Assembly (NCBI GenBank): GCA_000437395.1
Contig: FR898170.1
Coordinates: 1-51,774, forward strand
Reading direction: 5' to 3'
DNA: 51,774 bases
Origin: Clostridium sp. CAG:288
GTDB taxonomy: Bacteria; Bacillota_I; Bacilli_A; RFN20; CAG-288
How positions within the stretch are numbered: position 1 is the stretch's first letter; each line of letters starts with the position of its first letter. The notes under the pieces were generated by a model. That model did not search any database. It saw nothing but the letters and a program-made list of their open reading frames with translations, and had not been told where the DNA came from. This document shows, piece after piece, positions 10,224 through 20,172 of this stretch. The position numbers and the translations under genes were made by a program.

Positions 10224-11990
10224 TTAGATAATCTTAAAATCATCCATTGTAATTTGGGTTTCAATTTCGTTTAAGATATCCATTTCAGTACCAGTGAAAT
10301 CAACTTTAGGGGCATGGACGAATCGAGCTTCATAAGTATCTTCGTATTTTACACTAGATGAAGTTTGACCCATGGTTACAAATTTGCAATACATGAGTTT
10401 TCCATCTTCGATACTAAAGGTAAAGCTATCGATATTTTCAACTGATAAACCATTGCTTGTCTTTGAGTGGAGTTGGCCTTTGATTTCAAGTGATGTTCCT
10501 GATTTTGTGCCAGAGACAGATACATCGATTGTTGTTCCACTTTCAAATGTTGTTGATCCTAATGCGTATGTTGAAAAGCCTTCAAGTATAGAAGATATTT
10601 CACTCCAATATAATGGGTTAGCATCAAGGTATTCACGTGCACTTGTGAATGATGTTTTGGATGCGTATCCAAAGGCTGATGTAATATATTTAGTGAATTT
10701 TCCACCTCTAAATATACCGATACTTGTTGCTTTAGTAAATATACGATAAGGAGCTGGTGTTCCTGTTGGTTGATTTTCTGAATCAACTAATTGAATTGTT
10801 CCATTGTTATCAGTTATACCATTGTTATAAGCTATGATCTTACCTTCGAATTTTGCATCGCCGAACGTTGTTCTATCAGTCGTTGCAAAGTCGAATGCGT
10901 CGTGATAAATCATGGAGTAGTTTGTTTGTCTAACGTCGTTAGAATAAGCGTAGATGTTTTTGATAATTTCTAAAGCTGTTTCTTCATCGAGAGCTCCATC
11001 TTCTTTATCGCTGACATCGATAACTTCTTTTGGAGCGTTATGTATACTACTCTTGGATGGAATATCATCAAAAGTAAATACGACACCGTCAAAGTTTGTT
11101 TTATCACCGAATTTAAGATTTGTAATGTTGTATGAAGTTATTGATGATGTACCTATTTCATAATCTGTATCTAAACTATCTAAAAGGCTTCTAATTTTAT
11201 AATCGATACTGACAAATTCTTTTGTACTTGTTTCATAGTCGACTGAAAAGTTGATTATGATAGGTTTATAGTCATCTGCACCTGGGAAGACACATGATAA
11301 AGCATAGTGTTCAACTCCATCTTGAACTGTTGCATCGAAGACTGGAGTTTCATATCCATCATCGACAGGGAAATATTCAGTTGGATTATTAAAGGCATCT
11401 TTTATCGTGTCAATTATTGATAGATAGTTAAAATATGTATCGAATTGGTTGTAGTAATCAATTTCGTTACAATTAACGAATGATTGTTCATAAAGTGAGG
11501 TGCAAATAAAGTAATCGTAGATATAGTTTCCTTCTTGATATATTTGTCCATTGGCATAGTTTGTTTCAACTACTTTTGTTGTTTCAACGCCATCAAGTGA
11601 ATCGATAGTTATTTCATCGCTGATAAATTGATTGTTAAATAGTTGAAATTTATGCTTGGCTTGATAGTTAATTAAACCGGTTTGAATATTGCCACTGACA
11701 ATATATTTAGAGTTGTTATAAAAGTTATAAGCATATGAGCGATCAACAAAGTCATAAGATGTTACTTTGTCTTGATCTAATTCAGTTAAAAGTGAGACTA
11801 TTCTTTCTTTAGTAGGAGCAACAGTTGCTGAAGAAGATGAGGTGCTAGATATAGAAGAGGATGAAGGTGAAGAAATTACTGTTGAACTAGAAGTAGAGCT
11901 TGGTGTTGTTGAACTTGTGTTTTCACTTCCACAACCAGCAAGTACTAATAAAGCAGCAACTTGAGATAATACTAATAATTTTTTATTCAT
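10224..11990 (-). CDS. surface lipoprotein, function unknown
   Basis: 588 aa; signal peptide + lipobox LVLAGCGSEN; long Ser/Thr linker; no recognisable catalytic motifs. Confidence 0.6.
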   Translation of the reverse strand: MNKKLLVLSQVAALLVLAGCGSENTSSTTPSSTSSSTVISSPSSSSISSTSSSSATVAPTKERIVSLLTELDQDKVTSYDFVDRSYAYNFYNNSKYIVSGNIQTGLINYQAKHKFQLFNNQFISDEITIDSLDGVETTKVVETNYANGQIYQEGNYIYDYFICTSLYEQSFVNCNEIDYYNQFDTYFNYLSIIDTIKDAFNNPTEYFPVDDGYETPVFDATVQDGVEHYALSCVFPGADDYKPIIINFSVDYETSTKEFVSIDYKIRSLLDSLDTDYEIGTSSITSYNITNLKFGDKTNFDGVVFTFDDIPSKSSIHNAPKEVIDVSDKEDGALDEETALEIIKNIYAYSNDVRQTNYSMIYHDAFDFATTDRTTFGDAKFEGKIIAYNNGITDNNGTIQLVDSENQPTGTPAPYRIFTKATSIGIFRGGKFTKYITSAFGYASKTSFTSAREYLDANPLYWSEISSILEGFSTYALGSTTFESGTTIDVSVSGTKSGTSLEIKGQLHSKTSNGLSVENIDSFTFSIEDGKLMYCKFVTMGQTSSSVKYEDTYEARFVHAPKVDFTGTEMDILNEIETQITMDDFKII

Positions 11991-12004
11991 TTAAATCTAA
12001 TCTC

Positions 12005-14611
12005 CTATTTCTTGGCTTCAAAGATAAATGTTGTTAGTGGTGATTCATTACCAGTAGCAAAGTCATATTCAACATTATCTTCAACTGTGACGATATTAGC
12101 TGTAAAGCTTCCATCTTTATTAATATCATAGACGACATTTTGTTTGATGACAGGCATATAGCTTCTAATATAGTAGTCATAATCTTCGTTTGTGACATTA
12201 AATGATGTAAAGGTAATTGTGTTATTTGCTTCATCAATTACAACATCACAATTAACTATATATTTAAATTCAGTTAAATCTTCAACGACAAACTTAGCTT
12301 GTGTTCTTGAAGTAAATGTCAATTCGACTGAAGCAACATCTTCACTATTTAAGAAACTATCTTCGTAGCAAGAATATGTTGTTTTAAGCATAGTATCTAC
12401 TATGGTGCTTGTCTCTTGCTTTTTAGCGACGTTAATTGTTAATGTTGTTGAGACTTTATCATAAAGCGTACTTGTAACTGTTATTGTTGCTTTTCCTTCT
12501 TTATCACTAACAAAGCTATATGAACCGTCAGCTTTCTTTGTTAAGTTTCCCACGCCTTCTAAGGTGACGTTTACTTCTTGTGAAGCGGTACTTGGGCTAA
12601 CGGCAAAGGTAAGATTATCAATAGAAGTGCCAACTGTTGTTTCTAATTCTTCAGTGACGACTTTATCACCAACTTTAGCTGTTATAGCTGTAGGTAAGAC
12701 TGTATCGACATTAACGGTTATTTCGCGTTTTACTCTATTTTTTAAAGAGTAGACTGTTAAGACTGCAACGCCAGCACCTTCAATTTTAATTGATCGACAT
12801 TCATCAGTGATTGAGGCAACGTTTGGATTGCTTGTTTCATCGATAATTAACGAATCAATTCTACTGTCTGCAAATTTAGGAGCTTGATCTAAGTAACTGA
12901 TATAGTATGTTTCACCTATTTCGTATTTCTTTGCTTCATAGCCTTTTTTGTCAGCAAATACTGGTGTGTATGAAGTAAAGTATAAATTATCTGGATCATA
13001 TTCGTTTACTTCTTGGGTATTAAGTGAACCAAATGTTTGTTTATATTCGGTCATATACATTTCTTTAGCAACAGGATTCTCTTGTAATAACTTCTTTTCT
13101 GTGAAGTCAAACATAGTGTTATCGTAAACGTTTGAAACAACTTTAATACTAGTTAAAACTCCATCTGTATTAAATGTATATTCACCATGGTTATAGTACA
13201 CTTCACCTAAAGTAACTGATGTTGGATATGCTTCGATGAAGAATGTATCAGCTATTATTACATTATCTTTTTCGACTATCTTGAGGTTCGAAGCTGCACC
13301 ACCACCAAAGTATAAAGGTACTGATCCATAACCAATTGAGTTTTCATATAAGCCGTTAAAGTGCATTTTAGCAATGTCTGATAATCCTTCGTGGCTATTC
13401 ATAATAAGCGTTGTAGATTGTTTGATAGCTTTTTCACGTGTGATTTGTGTCTTGCTATCACTGACAGATTCAACAATAGCTTTTTTACTTGGAGCTACTA
13501 TGTGTTGTCCATTATCATAGACTTGGAACTCATAGTAGTTTCCATCATCGCTCATACCTTTAAATAAGTGCGATGTGCTTGTTGAATCATAGCTTTCACT
13601 TGAACCGTATGGTGTATAAGTTACTGATGTATCTGTATCACCAACCATATATCTATCGGTAGTATCTTTATAAATTTTGAACTTTGTTGATTGAACTGCA
13701 TCTGTTCTATTATCGTTAATATCTAAAGTATTAAAGTGAAGGTTAACATCGTATGTATTTACTGTTAACTTCTTTTCTTTTTCTATTGAAGAATCAAGTT
13801 TGGCGATAACTTCACTGACATCTTTCTCACCTGGATTGACAACTTTTAAATAGTATTCTTTCTTAAGGTTTGTTCCTTTAACTTTTAATGTTAAAACTAC
13901 ACTACCAGTCCTTTTAAGTGGAGTGAGAGTATTTGTACTTGAATCAAAAGAACAGCAGCCATCAACGCTAAATGAAGCTTCTAAGACGTTATCAGCCTCA
14001 TCTGTTGAATTAAATGAAACTGTTAATGGATAGCTTTGGCCTAATTCTAATTTATAGAATGTATTTTTATTTGAAACTATGGTTTCAACACTGCTATCGA
14101 AATCTGCTGTAAAACTAGTAACTGTAGAAGCGACAACATTAAATGTTATTGAATCGCTTAACTCACCATCATCACTTACAGCGTAAATTGTACAATCGCC
14201 AGTACTTCTAGCTGTTATTAAGCCGTTAAATGAGACAGAGGCAACACTTTCGTTAGATGATCTGTAGTTTACTAATTTGTTAGTGGCATTTTTAGGTAAG
14301 ACTTCGACGCTAAGTTGTAAAACTTGTCCAACTTTTAAAGTTGTGATTGATTTATCCGTGATTGATATTGATGTGACATGAATATCGCTATCGACTTGTG
14401 TTGAACTACTACTACTTGATGAGCTAGTAGAAGAACTACTTGTTGAAGACGAAACAATCGTAGTGCTACTTACACTACTTGTACTACTGCTAATAACACT
14501 GCTATCACTACTTGTTGTTGAAGAAGGAGTGGATGATGTTATATCACCTTTTCCTTGGCAACTAACTAGTGAGAAAAGCATAACGCTTAAAACTAAAATT
14601 TTCTTTTTCAT
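12005..14611 (-). CDS. large surface lipoprotein with bacterial Ig-like (Big_2-type) domain
   Basis: 868 aa; lipobox LVSCQGKG; Ser-rich linker; segment VTSISITDKSITTLKVGQVLQLSVEVLPKNATNKLVNYRSSNESVASVS..GLITARSTGDCTIYAV resembles Big_2 fold. Confidence 0.6.
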   Translation of the reverse strand: MKKKILVLSVMLFSLVSCQGKGDITSSTPSSTTSSDSSVISSSTSSVSSTTIVSSSTSSSSTSSSSSSSSTQVDSDIHVTSISITDKSITTLKVGQVLQLSVEVLPKNATNKLVNYRSSNESVASVSFNGLITARSTGDCTIYAVSDDGELSDSITFNVVASTVTSFTADFDSSVETIVSNKNTFYKLELGQSYPLTVSFNSTDEADNVLEASFSVDGCCSFDSSTNTLTPLKRTGSVVLTLKVKGTNLKKEYYLKVVNPGEKDVSEVIAKLDSSIEKEKKLTVNTYDVNLHFNTLDINDNRTDAVQSTKFKIYKDTTDRYMVGDTDTSVTYTPYGSSESYDSTSTSHLFKGMSDDGNYYEFQVYDNGQHIVAPSKKAIVESVSDSKTQITREKAIKQSTTLIMNSHEGLSDIAKMHFNGLYENSIGYGSVPLYFGGGAASNLKIVEKDNVIIADTFFIEAYPTSVTLGEVYYNHGEYTFNTDGVLTSIKVVSNVYDNTMFDFTEKKLLQENPVAKEMYMTEYKQTFGSLNTQEVNEYDPDNLYFTSYTPVFADKKGYEAKKYEIGETYYISYLDQAPKFADSRIDSLIIDETSNPNVASITDECRSIKIEGAGVAVLTVYSLKNRVKREITVNVDTVLPTAITAKVGDKVVTEELETTVGTSIDNLTFAVSPSTASQEVNVTLEGVGNLTKKADGSYSFVSDKEGKATITVTSTLYDKVSTTLTINVAKKQETSTIVDTMLKTTYSCYEDSFLNSEDVASVELTFTSRTQAKFVVEDLTEFKYIVNCDVVIDEANNTITFTSFNVTNEDYDYYIRSYMPVIKQNVVYDINKDGSFTANIVTVEDNVEYDFATGNESPLTTFIFEAKK

Positions 14612-14845
14612 AATTTACTTTCCCCTCGTAAAAGATATAAAAATTATTATTACATTATATGCTAGTTTCAATTTTATTTCAATGTTTGCAACAAAATATT
14701 CTTACAATTTTAACTCTATTAAAATATTCATTAATTGCTATTAAATTTGATTATTTTAAAATTATGATTTCTTTTTAATAGAAAATAAATGTATTTTATT
14801 TTTATATTTGTTTTAACTAATATTCTTTCTTTACTTAAACTTTAC

Positions 14846-14887
14846 ATATAAAAAGTACTCTATACCACATAAATGGTACAGAGTACT
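14846..14887 (-). terminator. rho-independent terminator for lipoprotein gene 14903..17218
   Basis: imperfect inverted repeat agtactctatacc/ggtacagagtact with T-run on the minus strand. Confidence 0.5.
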
Positions 14888-14902
14888 AAATTTATTTAAT
14901 AA

Positions 14903-17218
14903 TTAGTTTAAAACGTAAATGTGAATAAACTCGTATGATCCATCATCATCGACAACGTCAATTCTTAATTTGTCTGTTTCGTTAACAAATGTAATATTGT
15001 CTTCTGTTGTATAGCCTAATGTTAATAAATAAGCTTTATATTTTTGAGAATAATCTTCTGAATATGTGTCTGTGGCGATTATAAAATATGGTTTGTCTTC
15101 CCAGTCACATAAGTAGAAATCAGCAAAGTAGTGATCTCTATTGAACTCTTCATCGTTTAAATATGGAATCTTTTTAGCAATTTCTTCACCATATGCTTTA
15201 ACTAATTCATCATATGTATTTGCATCTTCTTCCCAAGTTAATCTATCGCCTGAACCTGAATCTAAAGCTGCAATGGCTTTATCTAAGTTTGCTCTCATTG
15301 TTCCGTTAAGTTCAACTGGGCTATAGTCAAATGTAACTTCTTCTGTACCACCGACATAGGCAAAGTTCATAGAAGAAATCTTATCATCAGTGATAGTCAT
15401 TTCTAAACTTGAAGGATCGACTGTTAATGGATTATAGATATCACCGATTGAACGTCCAATATTGATAATATCACCTGTTGTTGTAAGTTTACCATCTTTG
15501 AGATTTAAGATTTCGCTTGCGATTGAGTAGTTAGCGATATCTTTAAATGTTTTGCTTACTGGATTTTTATCTAATGTAATATTGTTCTTTTCATCGTAGG
15601 TAAAGCTATATATTTTTCCATTCTTAGAATAGTAGCCTTTACCTAAGGATTCCATATTGTTACTGGTTCCATCATCGCTATCGACGAGATATGTTCCCTT
15701 TAAGTAGAAATCGGAACCTTTAACTATTTTTGTAAATCTACTTTTTTCCCAGGCTGAGTCTTTTTCAATGCTTGTAAAGACTGAATCTTCTTGATTTAAG
15801 TAGGATAAGTAGCTCTTGATTTGTGCATCGTTTTCAGAAGCGACTTTCTTTTCAGCACCTGTTATGACATTTGGTGTTGCTGCAACTCTACTATCTGCAT
15901 AACGATAGAAGTAGTAACCTGTCAATCTATCCATCATAATTCCTGTTGAGAATATGAGTTGTGTTACTTTTCCGTCTTCAACTTTAACTTTGATTGATTC
16001 GACTGGCCATTCTAAGAACTTTTTGTGTTGAGTTATAGAATAAGCTAAATCTGATGCATTACTACCTAAATATGTATAGTATTCATCACCTTCGAATTTT
16101 CTAAATTTACTAAGTTCAAATCCGTCTTTGTTGACAAAGTTGAAGTCATCAACAACTGTTGTTGTTCTTTCTTCTTCAACTTCGTTTTTACCATTTACAC
16201 CTGTAATGATGAGTGTTCCATCTTCATCGATTTTTTCATATGTATATGAAGTTGAAACGTTATCTTCGTTAATATCTGTGATTCTAAAATAGTCATCATA
16301 GATATCTAAGTTTGAGAATCCTTGTCTTTCGATCGAAGTATATTCATCTAAGAAGATATTGTCATAGATTGCTGATGTGAAAGAGACGTTACCAAATAAG
16401 TTGTCTGCTTTATTATCGAGTGTTTCTGTTGGAACTACATAGCTATTTAAATAATCTTCAACAGCATCTAATTTTGATGTTCCGATATTTTCAATAAAGA
16501 CAATAGCACCTGTTTCTGGTGTATAGTAATCGTTTTTAGAACTATCAAATCCTTGTAATTCTACTACTAATTCATCTGCGGCAGTGTAGAAACGTAATCT
16601 CTTGATGCCTGTAAAGTCTAATTGGCTAGCAAAAGCTTCAACTAATACTTCATCTGTTGTGTAGATTTCGTTATTATCACCTGAGAATTCTATTTCTCTT
16701 GTTGTATCGAAATCTTTGAACTTATTGACATAGTCTAAGCTTGTTAATTCTTGACCTGTAAGTTCATCGTTAAATGTTTGTCCTTTAACGTTAACCTTAT
16801 TCTCACTTGTTATTTCAAAATTATAAGCGTATTTAGTGGTGGAGTAAGTCTCTAATAGCATAGAGCCAGTATTTAAATATGCTGTGTAGAAATAGTTTTT
16901 AGTAATAACATCTGTAAAGTTGACGTTATTTATTTCATAAGTTAAAGAGAAGTTTCCTTCTTTTAATTTAGCGACTGATGAAAGAATAAATTCTTTGAGT
17001 GATGGTCCAGTTACACTTGAAGCTGAACTAGATGTCGATGTTGTTAAACTGCTGCTGCTTGAACTTGATGAGATGACACTTGATGTGGAACTACTTGTGC
17101 TTATAGAACTACTGCTACTACTACTTGATGAGCTAGTAGAAGAAGTGTTTGAATTACCGCCACAACTTGTCACTAATAAGCCTAAGGCTAGCAAAGATAA
17201 AACTTTTGTTGCTTTCAT
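14903..17218 (-). CDS. surface lipoprotein, function unknown
   Basis: 771 aa; lipobox LVTSCGGNSNTSS (same SCGGN motif as the SBP lipoproteins); ~50-aa Ser-rich linker. Confidence 0.6.
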   Translation of the reverse strand: MKATKVLSLLALGLLVTSCGGNSNTSSTSSSSSSSSSSISTSSSTSSVISSSSSSSSLTTSTSSSASSVTGPSLKEFILSSVAKLKEGNFSLTYEINNVNFTDVITKNYFYTAYLNTGSMLLETYSTTKYAYNFEITSENKVNVKGQTFNDELTGQELTSLDYVNKFKDFDTTREIEFSGDNNEIYTTDEVLVEAFASQLDFTGIKRLRFYTAADELVVELQGFDSSKNDYYTPETGAIVFIENIGTSKLDAVEDYLNSYVVPTETLDNKADNLFGNVSFTSAIYDNIFLDEYTSIERQGFSNLDIYDDYFRITDINEDNVSTSYTYEKIDEDGTLIITGVNGKNEVEEERTTTVVDDFNFVNKDGFELSKFRKFEGDEYYTYLGSNASDLAYSITQHKKFLEWPVESIKVKVEDGKVTQLIFSTGIMMDRLTGYYFYRYADSRVAATPNVITGAEKKVASENDAQIKSYLSYLNQEDSVFTSIEKDSAWEKSRFTKIVKGSDFYLKGTYLVDSDDGTSNNMESLGKGYYSKNGKIYSFTYDEKNNITLDKNPVSKTFKDIANYSIASEILNLKDGKLTTTGDIINIGRSIGDIYNPLTVDPSSLEMTITDDKISSMNFAYVGGTEEVTFDYSPVELNGTMRANLDKAIAALDSGSGDRLTWEEDANTYDELVKAYGEEIAKKIPYLNDEEFNRDHYFADFYLCDWEDKPYFIIATDTYSEDYSQKYKAYLLTLGYTTEDNITFVNETDKLRIDVVDDDGSYEFIHIYVLN

Positions 17219-17535
17219 GATATTCCCCCTGATTTAATTTAAATTATCTTATTTCAAAAATAATGAATTCTTTATGGTGTTAATACTATCAAAAAGATAA
17301 TTTCTTTGCAATTATTAAACGTTAAAACAGCTTAAAAAGTAAAATAAAACTGTATATATTTAAATTTCTTTACTATTTCTTTAAAATTTGAAAGCTATTA
17401 TGAAATTGTAATTATTTTTAACGTATTGTGTAATAATAGCTTAAAATTATCTATAAATATGTAACAATATATTATATTTTACCAAACAAAAAGCAATTGA
17501 ACATTTAATTCAATTGCTTAAGATATTAAATATTA

Positions 17536-17937
17536 TTAGTAAAGATTATTTCTAGAAAATAGTAATACTCTGTTAAAACTGTCTTTATCAAAATTAGGCC
17601 TGGCATTTGGATTATAAATATCATTTTCTGTTAAAGTAAAAACACGAATTAATGAATTGATATCACAGCATTCTTTGTAATTTAACTTATTTAATTCCTT
17701 TTTATAATAAATATCTATTTTGATACTATTACCTACCATAAATTTATTTAAGTCATTTTCAGTTTCTATTGAAGACCTATGACTTTCATAATATATTTGT
17801 GCATATTCATTTAAGTGTTTGAATAAAAAAGGTTTATGGTAAAGTCTTCTTAATTTATCTGCTAATATTTTTGGATTAAATGCATATAAACTATCTAATT
17901 GTTCTTGTTTTATAGTTTTATACCAACCTGCTGACAT
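17536..17937 (-). CDS. hypothetical protein, last gene of WYL-like/ARH operon
   Basis: 133 aa; overlaps upstream ORF by 28 nt; no recognised motif. Confidence 0.4.
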   Translation of the reverse strand: MSAGWYKTIKQEQLDSLYAFNPKILADKLRRLYHKPFLFKHLNEYAQIYYESHRSSIETENDLNKFMVGNSIKIDIYYKKELNKLNYKECCDINSLIRVFTLTENDIYNPNARPNFDKDSFNRVLLFSRNNLY

Positions 17938-19268
17938 ATGTCTTTATCCTCCATTAATTTTTGAAAATATTCAGCTGCCATTAATATATAATTTCTATCA
18001 TTTGGAATAAATGAATAAAGTATGTTATAGAATAATGCTTTTAAGAATCTATCATTTAATGAAGAATCTTTATATTTTTTTCTAACTTCATATATCATGT
18101 CTTCGCCTTTAGTTATTTCTCTAATATAAGCATTTTCAAAAATTGTTCTTTCATATTGAATTACTGGTTTAAATTCAGTTGCTAATTTATACATTAATTT
18201 TTCTGGAACGTTATCATATTTTCTAAATATTAAATAACATATTACAGATAGTATTCTTTTTTTGCTAATTCCTACTAAATCGATATTTGAATAAACTGTA
18301 TTATAAACGGTTTCAATTCTTAATTTATTGATATTTTTTAAAACATATTCAATTTTATCGCTTGAATTTTCTGTTAATAGAATTTCTTTATCAGGTGTAT
18401 CACTTTGTATGGAGATTTCAAAAGCTTCATTGCATATTTTATTTAATGTTTTTTTATCGTCGACATTAAAAATAAATGGAAGAGTGTTTTGAATATGCGA
18501 GTTTATTACGTCTTTTAAAGTAGTTTTATTTTTAGAATTTTTACATTCGTTAATTACAGTTTTAGCTGCATATATGGCATATAAAGATTCTTTAAGTATT
18601 GCTACTCTTTCAATAGAAATATTACCAATTTTCCCCTCTATTAATTTTGTTAGTGTATAAATATATTTATTAATTTCTTCTTTAGAGGATTTTTTTAAGA
18701 TTTCAATTTGTTGTTTGGTTTTATCTACTAATTTTTTTAAATTAATTTTTAAAGACTTTTCTTCTAAATCAGTATTCTTAATAACCAAATATCTATCATC
18801 TTCATCAAGGTCGACAAACGATGGTGTTTTAATTATAAAATAAAATGTTTCCATTAATTGAAAGCAAATTGGATTATTGCTTTTTTCTATAAATGAGCCA
18901 GTTGTTGCCCAACAATACTTTAAGTTTTTAATTGATATATTTTTTATTTTGCTTTTAGTTATTAATGAAATTATATCGTATTGAGTGTCTTCAGAAGTCT
19001 TATCTATTAAGTCCAAATTTAAAGCTTCTGTTTTGTGCATCTTTTCTTCGTTTGTCATTAACGTATTATTTAATTGAGGGGCTAAGCAGTTATGAAAACT
19101 AATATCTAATTCTTTTGATAATCTTTCTAATAATTTGTTATTTGAGCAACCATATTCGCCGATTAGTAATACAGGCTTTTCTAAAGCTAATGCTGCTAAT
19201 AATACAGGTTCTTTATATTCTAAATTTTGGAAGTTGAGGGATTCTATAAATAATGAATTTCCTGGCAT
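17910..19268 (-). CDS. hypothetical protein with degenerate P-loop-like N-terminus
   Basis: 452 aa; N-terminal PVLLIGEYGCSNNKLLERL resembles a degenerate Walker A (no GKT/S); 12-nt spacing to ARH gene. Confidence 0.45.
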   Translation of the reverse strand: MPGNSLFIESLNFQNLEYKEPVLLAALALEKPVLLIGEYGCSNNKLLERLSKELDISFHNCLAPQLNNTLMTNEEKMHKTEALNLDLIDKTSEDTQYDIISLITKSKIKNISIKNLKYCWATTGSFIEKSNNPICFQLMETFYFIIKTPSFVDLDEDDRYLVIKNTDLEEKSLKINLKKLVDKTKQQIEILKKSSKEEINKYIYTLTKLIEGKIGNISIERVAILKESLYAIYAAKTVINECKNSKNKTTLKDVINSHIQNTLPFIFNVDDKKTLNKICNEAFEISIQSDTPDKEILLTENSSDKIEYVLKNINKLRIETVYNTVYSNIDLVGISKKRILSVICYLIFRKYDNVPEKLMYKLATEFKPVIQYERTIFENAYIREITKGEDMIYEVRKKYKDSSLNDRFLKALFYNILYSFIPNDRNYILMAAEYFQKLMEDKDICQQVGIKL

Positions 19269-19280
19269 ATATACTCCTTT

Positions 19281-20138
19281 TTAGTAATTCTTATTTTCAA
19301 ATTTTTTGCTATTAATTGTTTTATGTAATTTTAATATTAAATTAACGTACTCTTTATCTATGAAATAATACATGAACATATCTTCGAATTTTGAAACTTT
19401 ATTTTTTTGATAATAAGCTTCGGCAATAGCACCAGCCATAGCTCCTGTTGTGTCACAATCACCACCTATAGCAATACAGTTTTTAATAGCATCTTCTAAT
19501 CCATGGGAGATTAAAAAACAATATATTGCTTGTGGAACACTCCCTGGACATGTAGCTTCAAATCTATATGTTTTAACTAGAGTTTCAAAATCTAATCCTT
19601 TTATTTCAGGATAATAGTCATTTATCATTCTGTCTCTTATTTCTTTCTTTGAGTACCCTTTTCTAGCTAAATAAACACATAATGCAACAGCTTCTGCGCC
19701 TTTAAGTCCTTCTTTATGATTATGCGTTATTTCTGATACTGTTTTTGATAATATTTTTACTTCTTCTTCACTATTTGCAATCCAACCAACAGATGAGATT
19801 CTCATTGCAGAGCCATTTCCAAAAGAGTTATATGGCTTTCTATCTGGATTAAGACACCATCTAACAAACAAGTCGCCATAGCCGACAAACGGATGGTTTT
19901 TAAAAGTTAATACAAATTCGTTAGTTAAGTCTTTTTGAATTTTTTCTAATTCTTTTTGTGTGTATTTAATTGGATAGTGTTTTAATAAGACTTTGGCAAC
20001 AGCGATTGTTAAATATGAGTCATCTGTCATTTTATTGTTTGGATTAAATGCGTTGAATTTTTTGGTTTTAATTGGATTGAAATCATATTGTGATCCAACC
20101 ATATCACCTATTATTGCTCCTAACATATTTTTCTCCAA
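19281..20138 (-). CDS. ADP-ribosylglycohydrolase (ARH/DraG) family protein
   Basis: 285 aa; family motifs GAIIGDMVGS, TDDSYLTIAVA, GNGSAMRISSVGW, GGDCDTTGAMAGAIAEAYY (di-metal ARH fold). Confidence 0.75.
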   Translation of the reverse strand: MEKNMLGAIIGDMVGSQYDFNPIKTKKFNAFNPNNKMTDDSYLTIAVAKVLLKHYPIKYTQKELEKIQKDLTNEFVLTFKNHPFVGYGDLFVRWCLNPDRKPYNSFGNGSAMRISSVGWIANSEEEVKILSKTVSEITHNHKEGLKGAEAVALCVYLARKGYSKKEIRDRMINDYYPEIKGLDFETLVKTYRFEATCPGSVPQAIYCFLISHGLEDAIKNCIAIGGDCDTTGAMAGAIAEAYYQKNKVSKFEDMFMYYFIDKEYVNLILKLHKTINSKKFENKNY

Positions 20139-20172
20139 TCTAAAAGCATATTTATTTTTTTAGTTTTATACT

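Noticed and set aside
10372-17237. Nested or antisense ORFs 10372..10749, 10559..10786, 10791..10973, 10954..11163, 12034..12237, 12564..12752, 14463..14744, 15141..15326, 16995..17237
   Set aside because: All lie within the three large lipoprotein genes on the opposite strand or in an alternative frame; several are the antisense reading of Ser-rich linkers (Leu/Glu-rich artefacts).
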